Made by a program: the position numbers and the translations under genes. Of a stretch of DNA of 64,000 bases, positions 35,302-43,500 are shown in pieces. Location of the stretch: assembly GCA_046155405.1 (NCBI GenBank), contig JBJXFL010000014.1, positions 18,119-82,118 of the forward strand. The letters are read 5' to 3'. A model generated the notes under the pieces. The model saw only the letters and a list, made by a program, of their open reading frames with translations, was not told where the DNA came from and searched no databases. Origin of the DNA: Bryobacteraceae bacterium (lineage in GTDB: Bacteria; Acidobacteriota; Terriglobia; Bryobacterales; Bryobacteraceae). Each line of letters opens with the position of its first letter. The stretch's first letter is position 1.

Positions 35302-36459
35302 CTACCGGGCCGCCGCAACCCGCGGGGTCACGAGCAGCAGCAACTCCGTACCGGCCGGCTGCGATTGGAAGAGTCTTTCGACGAGTTCCGGCGCGGACGC
35401 GTCCCGTTCGAATCCAGCCACCACGAACGATTGGCCCTCGGCGACATTCAGATCCGCCGAAAATCGCCTGCTGGTCACGCCACCCCGCTCCGGCATCGTC
35501 AATTCCGGCCGCACTTGTACGCGAAGCATCCCTTTAGCCGCGGCCCGCGCCGTCAGCCGCAGTCGCAGACTATATTCGCCCCGCCGCGTCCCTCCGGCCT
35601 GCACTGAGACCTCCTGCCATTGCGGCGAGTCGGCACTTTCGGTCGATAGCATCCGCAACGCGGCCTCTGGCTTCCAATCCATTGGCAACAGACCGATGCG
35701 CAGCGCGCCGTTGCCGCCTGTTGAAAGGGATGCGATCTCGCCGACCGTTGCCGCCGGCGCGGCCGCCATCCGCACCTGGAAATTTACTCGCGGAACAGCC
35801 GCCGCGGTCACCGCGGACGCAGTCGGCAACTCATCGCTATCTTCCGCATTCCGCAACACAATGCGCACTTTCGCGGCCGAATCCGCCAGCGCCACGCGCT
35901 CCACGTCGCGCGCGGGCACCAGCAGGTTCAACACCGTGCCCGGTTGGGGAGTGGGATCGACGTGTACATTCAACACTTCCACGCTTGAGAGCAGCGTCCG
36001 CACCTGCCGTTCGCCCGAATTCAACGTATGAATCGACTGCACGTCGATTTTGTCCCCCGCGCGCAAGTATGGCACCAGCCCGGCGGAATCCGCTACGTGA
36101 ACGGAGATCGCCCGCATTCCCTTCGGAATCGCCAATTGAGCGGCTCCTTTCGCGCCCACGAGTCCCGGCGCGGTCACCGGTTCGTTCGACGCCAATGGCT
36201 TAGCGGCCGTGCGCCCCACCACCTCTTCCACACTCCCAAAAGCCCCTTCAGGACGCTCCGGCCCCGCCGGTTTCAACTTAACATCGGCCGCGGTCAGAAC
36301 CATCCCGCGTTCAACGGCGTGGGACACCACCACGTACCCAGCCGGATTCACCGGCGCCGCGCCGCTAATTTTGCCCACAAATAGCCCGTAAAACACGCCT
36401 GTCGCCGCAATCGCGACCACAAACGCAATGCCCAGAAATGGAAATAAGTTGCGCTTCAT
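35302..36459 (-). CDS. CpaB/RcpC-like protein fused to a short secretin-like C-terminal region
   Basis: N-terminal TM plus SAF/RcpC pattern (VVVSHAVERGMVLTAADV..., IPKGMRAISVHVADSAGLVPYLRAGDKIDV). The last ~160 aa (35305-35787) resemble a secretin C-domain: EYSLRLRLTARAAAKGMLRVQVRPELT...RRFSADLNVAEGQSFVVAGF...ELLLLVTPRV. Confidence 0.72.
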   Translation of the reverse strand: MKRNLFPFLGIAFVVAIAATGVFYGLFVGKISGAAPVNPAGYVVVSHAVERGMVLTAADVKLKPAGPERPEGAFGSVEEVVGRTAAKPLASNEPVTAPGLVGAKGAAQLAIPKGMRAISVHVADSAGLVPYLRAGDKIDVQSIHTLNSGERQVRTLLSSVEVLNVHVDPTPQPGTVLNLLVPARDVERVALADSAAKVRIVLRNAEDSDELPTASAVTAAAVPRVNFQVRMAAAPAATVGEIASLSTGGNGALRIGLLPMDWKPEAALRMLSTESADSPQWQEVSVQAGGTRRGEYSLRLRLTARAAAKGMLRVQVRPELTMPERGGVTSRRFSADLNVAEGQSFVVAGFERDASAPELVERLFQSQPAGTELLLLVTPRVAAAR

Positions 36460-36540
36460 TTGGAATCAGCAACTTCATTCAAACATGTAACTTCGTCAGG
36501 ACGAATCCAGCGTAGACACTAACATCGAGAGGTAAACACC

Positions 36541-37011
36541 TTAGGGCTTCGCTAAGTGCTTTTCGTAAACGAACCGCTGCTCGATATCCCCGTCCGGCGT
36601 CGTCGCGGTCCGATAGACGGTAAGTGTCCGTCCACTCTCGTCCAATTGCCATTGGTCGACAGTCTTAACCTCCTTTCCCTGCACCACTGTCTTCGCCTTC
36701 ACATGGAGTGTCCGCCCCCGCCAGCTAGATATCGAAGCGATCTTATTGCCGCGAATCACATTTGCCGCCTCTTTGCCGGATAGGTCGAGAGTGTAGGTGC
36801 TGGTCGACGGCCCGCGCGCGTCGATCAGCCTGGACTCCACCGCCAACCGCGCGTCGTTCTGCCGAACCGTCATCGACAAGGACTGTGGCGGCTTGGCCCG
36901 CCCGAAATCGCTCTTACCGACGACCACTTCCCAGGATCCGGAGAAATCGATCGCGGGAAGCGGCGCGCCGCTTCCCGCGATTACGGCCGCAAAAACCAGT
37001 CGGTTCAACAT
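36541..37011 (-). CDS. Small secreted hypothetical protein
   Basis: Signal peptide MLNRLVFAAVIAGSGAPLPA followed by a beta-rich sequence. It lies upstream of, and on the same strand as, the tad-like genes. Confidence 0.62.
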   Translation of the reverse strand: MLNRLVFAAVIAGSGAPLPAIDFSGSWEVVVGKSDFGRAKPPQSLSMTVRQNDARLAVESRLIDARGPSTSTYTLDLSGKEAANVIRGNKIASISSWRGRTLHVKAKTVVQGKEVKTVDQWQLDESGRTLTVYRTATTPDGDIEQRFVYEKHLAKP

Positions 37012-37319
37012 GCCCCGAGGGTAGCAATAACCGCGGCGCGTGTCTCTCCGGCTTACACCTTAGTAAACAGTTCAAAAGTTCACCGGCGTATTTATTTGCA
37101 ATGTTAGTGGGTGGCACGCACGTTACGCCGTTGATCGTGGGTGTGAGGGCCAGTAGAGCGCAACGCCTTCCCCGTCCGCGCAGCACTGTCGCATTACGTC
37201 CACACGGTGAAACTGATCCCAGACCCCGAATTGGGTGGATGCACGGCCCGCGTGCCGGACACCCCCGCGCCAAAGTTAGCGCGTTGAGATCCCGGACTAG
37301 GCGCGCCGAAAGCCCGGTT

Positions 37320-38093
37320 TTAGATCGGGATCAACTTAAAGCCGGTCGCGAAAAGGACTACGCCTAACCCGACGCGTACACCTCGGGCGGGCAATCGCGG
37401 GGCCAGATAAGACCCCAGCATGACGCCGGGAATGGAGCCGAGGAGCAGATGCGGGATCGGCTCCCAGTTCACGTTGCCCGCTTGGACATAAAGGCAGGCC
37501 GTGGAAGTTACCAGGATAGCGGCGTGGAAGACATCGGTTCCCACAATCTTTGATGGCGGATCGTCCTTCATCACCATGATGAGGAAGGGAATCAGGAGCG
37601 AACCGCTCCCCACCGACGTAAGCCCGACCGCGGTTCCGATCAGGAAGCCCCAGATCACCGTCCAGCGTTCCGGATTTCTTTCGAGCCACGCCGGAGCGCG
37701 CTCTGGAATCAAGTCGAACGTGCGGGCCAGAATCAGCAGCGACACGAGCATCAGAACAACACCTAATACCGGGCGCAGGAAATCATCGACCGGGATGCCC
37801 GCCTTTTGCAACTGCCGAATGGCCAGCACGCCGGTAAGTCCTCCGGGAATGCTGCCCATTGCCAAGCGCCTGACCACGGCCATGTTGACCGTTCCCTGTT
37901 TCCAGTGCATGTAGGCGCCAACGATTTTGGTGATGGCTCCATAGACAAGATCGGTCCCAATGGCGAGGACCGGCCGGACCCCGAGAACAAGGACAAGGAA
38001 GGGCGTGATGATCGCCGCTCCGCCCATGCTAGTTAACCCGACGAGTATACCCGCCAGAAAACTGACGAGCAATAGAGACACATCTGAACTCAT
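37320..38093 (-). CDS. TauE/SafE-family anion exporter (sulfite-exporter family membrane protein)
   Basis: Polytopic membrane protein with duplicated G(L/I)TS(M/V)G(G/S) motifs (GLTSMGGAAI, GLTSVGSGSL). Start moved to the ATG at 38093. Confidence 0.83.
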   Translation of the reverse strand: MSSDVSLLLVSFLAGILVGLTSMGGAAIITPFLVLVLGVRPVLAIGTDLVYGAITKIVGAYMHWKQGTVNMAVVRRLAMGSIPGGLTGVLAIRQLQKAGIPVDDFLRPVLGVVLMLVSLLILARTFDLIPERAPAWLERNPERWTVIWGFLIGTAVGLTSVGSGSLLIPFLIMVMKDDPPSKIVGTDVFHAAILVTSTACLYVQAGNVNWEPIPHLLLGSIPGVMLGSYLAPRLPARGVRVGLGVVLFATGFKLIPI

Positions 38094-38360
38094 AGTTATT
38101 TCTGCCGACGCAGTTTCCCGGCCTCGTTCCGCCCTGTTCCGCTGCAACTCTGCGCGGTACGTTCTTCTTGGTTTAGGGGGAGATGGACGAGCCGTCAGTG
38201 GAATCTGATCCGGCGCCTCCGAAAATCAATGTACTTCACAAATGCCCTAGGGCGATACTGTAGTATTCGCCAATACAGACGGCCGGGTCAAGAGAAAGTC
38301 GTATGACAGGTACTACACGGCGTCTATATTAAGAAATTTTTTTGATGGAGTCCCCCAACG

Positions 38361-39209
38361 CTAGCGGATTTTCCCTTCGACGAGCGGGACTTCGAAAACC
38401 TTCTCGTGCATGATGGGGCCGTGGCCGAAGTAGCCGGCTTCGCCGAATAATTCTCCGTGGTCGGCCGTAATGGTGATGTAGGTGTTTTCGGGCACGATGT
38501 CGAAGAGCTCTTCAACGACCCGATCCAGATATTCGACGGCCTTCACTTGCCGGTCCTGGAGTTCATCCAACTTCTTTTGATCGAAGAACTTGCCTTCTCC
38601 TTCGGTGGTGCCGGCGGTTACATCCTCATCAAGGTGCTTGAAGACGCCATGCACGCCGGAAACGCGGGGCCAAAGGTCGGGCGATTCATCGGGCAAGGCA
38701 TAAGGGTAGTGAGTTTCGCCCACATTTAACAAATGAAACGACGGGCGCTCTTCGGAGAATGTCATTTCCTTGACCATGGCGCGCATGTCGTTATGTTTCG
38801 GCATGAGTTTGTAGGAATCGAAGCCGTGATTGAGCAGCGTCTTGGGGTTCAGTACGGGTAACGAGACTTTAGCGTGGGTGGTGTAGCCGAGCGAATCCCT
38901 TAAATATGAAGGAAGATTCATTTTAGGAATTAGAGATTTGAATTCCAGTTTTTCCTGGCCGAGGCGCTCGGCGAATTTCAGGAAATCCTGCTTGTAGTAC
39001 TCGGACGCATAGACGTTTTGCGGGCTGGCATGGGGCAGCAGGCCCATCATGAGATTGTAGTGGGACGGGGCGGTCCAAGAGGCATACGACCAGCGTCTTT
39101 CGGTCTGTCCCAATTTCTGCATTACCTTCGGATTCGCCTTCATAAACGAATCAAAACGGCAACTGTCAAGAATGACCAGGACGTAATTGTTCCCCTTCGG
39201 CGTTGGCAT
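38361..39209 (-). CDS. Alkaline-phosphatase-superfamily (sulfatase/phosphodiesterase-like) hydrolase
   Basis: VLVILDSCRFDSF metal-ligand region, SWTAPSHYN nucleophile region, ITADHGELFGEAGYFGHG. The DNA is visibly AT-richer than its flanks. It is divergent from the synthase operon. Confidence 0.78.
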   Translation of the reverse strand: MPTPKGNNYVLVILDSCRFDSFMKANPKVMQKLGQTERRWSYASWTAPSHYNLMMGLLPHASPQNVYASEYYKQDFLKFAERLGQEKLEFKSLIPKMNLPSYLRDSLGYTTHAKVSLPVLNPKTLLNHGFDSYKLMPKHNDMRAMVKEMTFSEERPSFHLLNVGETHYPYALPDESPDLWPRVSGVHGVFKHLDEDVTAGTTEGEGKFFDQKKLDELQDRQVKAVEYLDRVVEELFDIVPENTYITITADHGELFGEAGYFGHGPIMHEKVFEVPLVEGKIR

Positions 39210-39384
39210 AGGCGCCTAGTATAGCGGATGTGCCGCGGATAGCCAATCGAATCCGCCGGAATCGCGAAACTAGCGTTTAATCGGGGGAAAAATACGCTTC
39301 GGCCGCGGCTCAGGCAGGCCTTTTGGAGCGACCAGGACCATTGGTACTGTACCGCCTATTCCGCTCGACCCCCATAGTGAGGAG

Positions 39385-39413
39385 TTGACAGACGGAGAAT
39401 TCACCCGTATAAC
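39385..39413 (+). promoter_or_regulatory. Candidate sigma70-type promoter of the synthase operon
   Basis: TTGACA (39385-39390), a 17-nt spacer, then TATAAC (39408-39413). This would give a ~240-nt leader before GGTGGAGGAG-N8-ATG (39659). Confidence 0.45.
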
Positions 39414-39658
39414 AGATGAGAGCGCCTATCTCTTTCAAGTAGATCCGGGGAGAAGCGTCACCCTGTTGGGGATCTGGGGCACAGCATCAGCCTCACACCG
39501 CTCTGACAGGCCTGAAAAACCAAGTATTAATCGCACCGCGTAGAGTGCTCACCGGGCAGCGATCCGGTAGACAGTTTCTAATTTTCGGCAATCTCAGTAA
39601 TTTGCAATGAAACTGCAACACTGGGACGCTCTGTAGTTTTTGGTGGAGGAGAATTTAA

Positions 39659-40558
39659 ATGAACTTCGGGATAGTTGTCCTATCTCCCGCCGGATTTCCT
39701 AACCCACGACTAGCCGCCGCGGCGGCGGTCGCGGGCTTCAATGGTGGAATTTCGCTTGAATGCCTGAATGCGGCACAAGCGGAGGGACTTGAGAAACAAC
39801 TGCTGGCGAGCGGTCATCCGTTCACGCTGGCGATGGAGTCGCTAGCGGGCTGGCAGGGCGAGTTCGCGGCCCGGTTGGCGGGCAAGGGGTTGGAGCGGAT
39901 TGTCCTAACGTCGGGACAGGCGAGCGCGGTGGAAATCGCGGCCGGGAAGGCGCTGCCGGCGATAGTATTGGTGGAGGTGGTGACGGCCGACGAATCGGCG
40001 GAAGCGGTGGTGGCGGGCGCGGATGGGCTGATAGTCAAAGGCAACGAGAGCGGCGGCCGGGTAGGGGAAGAAACGACGTTTCTGCTGTTGCAGCGAATCA
40101 TCGGAAAAGTACCGGTTCCGGTTTGGGCGCGGGGCGGGATTGGGCTGCACACAAGCGCGGCTTGTCTGGCCGCGGGAGCGGCGGGCGTGGTGGTGGACTG
40201 GCAATTGGGATTGGTGGAAGAATCCAACCTGCCGGAGGCGGTAAAGGCGAAGCTGGCGAGAATGGACGGCAGCGAAACGTCGATTCTGGGTCAGGAATGT
40301 ACGGCGCGGTTTCGCGCCTATGCGCGGCCGAGCGAAACCGCGTTTCACGAGCTGCGAAAGTACGAAGAAACCCAAGGCCTCTATAGCGGCACCGCGCCGG
40401 AACAACTGGCCGCGTGGCGCGGCAAAGTGGGTGAGCGGGCCGGACGCGGAGAACTTCTGCTGGTGGGTCAGGACGGGGCGTTCGCACCGGTTTTCGCGGA
40501 AAACCATCGGACCGTGAAGAGCGTTTGCCAGGCGCTGTTGCGCAATGCCAGCCGGCAG
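39659..40558 (+). other. Domain: NMO/FabK-like TIM-barrel domain 1 (ER-like, atypical)
   Basis: aa 1-300: ...GLIVKGNESGGRVGEE...VPVWARGGIGLHTSAACLAAGAAGVVVDWQL. It has GGR where domain 2 and FabK/PfaD-type reductases have GGH. Boundaries are approximate. Confidence 0.6.
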
Positions 40559-43500
40559 GTGCGGGTGGCGGCAAGGCAAGACGCGTTCCGGGAAGGCGGA
40601 CCGCTGACCGAGTCCCAGGGGACGCGATATCCGATTCTGCAGGGCCCGATGACGCGGGTGAGCGACCGGGCCGATTTTGCGCTGGCGGTCGCCGATGGCG
40701 GCGGATTGCCGTTTTTGGCGCTCGCCCTGATGCGAGGTCCGGCGGTCGGAAAGCTACTAGCCGAAACGAAGGAAAAACTGGGTACGAAGCCGTGGGGAGT
40801 GGGTATCCTGGGATTCGTGCCGAAAGAGTTGCGGGACGAGCAGTTGGCCGAGGTGAAGAAGTGTTTGCCGCCTTTCGCGGTGATCGCCGGCGGCCGGCCG
40901 GACATGGCCAAGGAATTTGAGAAAGACGGCGTACAGACGTATCTGCACGTTCCGTCGCCCGAATTGCTGCGAAACTTTCTCGAGTCCGGCGCCCGGCGAA
41001 TCATTTTCGAAGGCCGGGAGTGCGGCGGGCACGTTGGACCGCGGTCGAGTTTCGTGCTGTGGGATCAGATGGTCCGGGTGATTCTGGCGCATCTGGCGGG
41101 TCCGAAGGCGAGCAAGCCCGAGGATTACAATTTCGTTTTCGCGGGCGGCATTCACGATGCGCTGTCGACGGCGATGACGGCGGCGATAACGGCGCCGTTG
41201 GCCGAGCGCGGCGTGAAGACGGGCGTACTGCTGGGCACGGGGTATCTCTTCACCCACGAAGCGGTCACTTCGGGCGCGATCAGCCGGACATTTCAGCAGG
41301 AAGCCGTCCGGTGCAGCCAGACGATTCTGGTGGAGAGCGGCGTCGGGCACGCCACGCGCTGCGCGAATACGCCGTTTGGCGATCTGTTCAACGGGGAGAA
41401 GCGCCGCCTTTCCAAGGAAGGCGCTCCGAAGGAAGAGATCCGGGAGAAGCTGGAAGGCTTGAATCTGGGCCGGTTGCGCATCGCCTCGAAGGGCGTGGAG
41501 CGCCGGAAACGCCCCGACGGCACCTCATTCTACGAGGAAGTGAACGCAGAGACGCAGCGGCTGGAAGGGATGTTCATGATCGGCCAGGTGGCCGCCCTGC
41601 GCAACAGCGTGGTGACGGTGGCCGATTTGCATGCCGAGGTCGTGCGCGGCGGCAACATTTTGCGGGCGCGGCTGGAGGAGTTGCTGGCCGAAGCGCGGAA
41701 AATCGCCGGTGAGCACAACGGCAATGACGTGGCGATCGTGGGCCTGTCGGCGGTGTTTCCGCAGGCGAACGACGCGGATACGTTCTGGCAGAACATTCTG
41801 CACAAGCGCAGCGCGATTACCGAGGTGCCGAAAGAGCGCTGGGACCTCGACGTATATTTCGATTCCGATCGCCGGGCCCGCGACAAGGTCTATTCGCGTT
41901 GGGGCGGATTCATGGGCGACTTCGAATTCGACCCGATGCGGTTCGGCATGCCGCCGGCGTCGGTACCGTCGATCGAACCGATGCAGCTCATCATGCTCGA
42001 AATGGTGCGGCGCGCGTTGGCCGACGCCGGCTACGACCAGCGAAAGTTCAATCGCGAACGGACGGCCTGCATTGTGGGTACTGGCGGCGGCGTAGGCGAG
42101 TTGGGTCTGGGATACGGTTTCCGGTCAATGGTTCCGCACTACGTGGATTACGCGGGCGGAACGCTCGAGGATTCGCGGACGCTGATAGAGGCGATCGGCG
42201 GGAACCTGCCGGAGTGGACGGAAGATTCTTTCGCGGGGCTTTTGCTGAACGTCGTTTCGGGCCGGGTAGCGAACCGGTTTGACTTTGGCGGCACGAACTA
42301 CATTGTGGACGCGGCGTGCGCGACGGCGCTGGCGGGCCTGCGGTCGGCGGTGACGGAGTTGCAAACCGGATCGAGCGATGTGGCGGTGGCGGCGTCGGCC
42401 GACATGATGCAGTCGCCTTTCGGCTACCTCTGTTTCAGCAAGACGCAAGCCCTTTCGCCCACGGGGCTATGCCGTACGTTTGACGACAAAGCGGACGGGA
42501 TCGTGATCAGCGAAGGCTTCAGCGTGGCGATTCTGAAGCGGCTGGAAGACGCCATTCTGGATGGCGATCACGTTTATGCGCTGGTGAAGGCGGTGGGCGC
42601 GTCCTCCGACGGCAAGGACAAGGGGCTGACGGCTCCGCGGCCGTTGGGGCAGATGCGGGCGCTTGAGCGCGCCTATGCGAAATCGGGGATTGACCCGGCC
42701 ACGGTGGGTTTGATTGAAGCGCACGGGACGGGAACGGTGGTGGGCGACCGGACCGAGACGGAGGCGTTAACCGCGTTCTTCTCGCGGTCGAGCGCGCCGC
42801 GGCACACGATAGCGCTGGGCTCGGTGAAGAGCCAGATCGGACACACGAAGTGTTCGGCCGGATTCGCCGGACTGGTGAAGGCGGCGTACGCGTTGCGGCA
42901 CAAAGTTTTGCCGCCGACGATCAACGTGACGACGCCGAATGCGAAGGCAAATTGGGATGAGAGCCCGCTGTTCATCAATACGGAACCGCGGCCGTGGATG
43001 GCGCGCCTGGACGGGGCGTCACGTTCGGCCGGCGTAAGCGCGTTCGGGTTCGGCGGAACGAATTTCCATACCGTACTCAGCGAGTATCGCCCGGTCGATG
43101 GGATTGCCGACGACACGTGTCCGTTGCGCGAATGGCCCGCCGAACTGTTCCTGATGCGCGGGAAAACGGCGGCGGATGTCACGGGGACGATCAACCTGCT
43201 GTTGAAAGAAATCGAAGCGGGCGCGCAACCGGCGTTATGGGATCTGGCGGCGGCGGTGTATTGGGATAAGGGCCGGGGGGAAGGCGACGTGCGGCTAGCG
43301 ATCGTGGCCGAATCGTTGACGGACCTGACGGCGAAATTGAAAGCGGCGCGGCCGCACGTGGAAGCGGGGAAGGCCTACAAGGATCCGAAGGGAATTTACT
43401 TCTCGGCGGAGGGTTTGGGGAAAGACGCAAAGGTGGCGTTCCTGTTCCCGGGCCAAGGTTCGCAATCGCCGGACATGCTGCGGGATTTGTCGGTCGCCTG

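Noticed and set aside
36762-37367. 201-aa + strand ORF and 119-aa minus-strand ORF spanning the 37012-37319 intergenic region
   Set aside because: Both give Arg/Pro/Ala-rich translations without motifs, overlap the ends of real flanking genes, and have no RBS. I also looked here, and at 36460-36540, for a small Flp-pilin-like ORF and found none.
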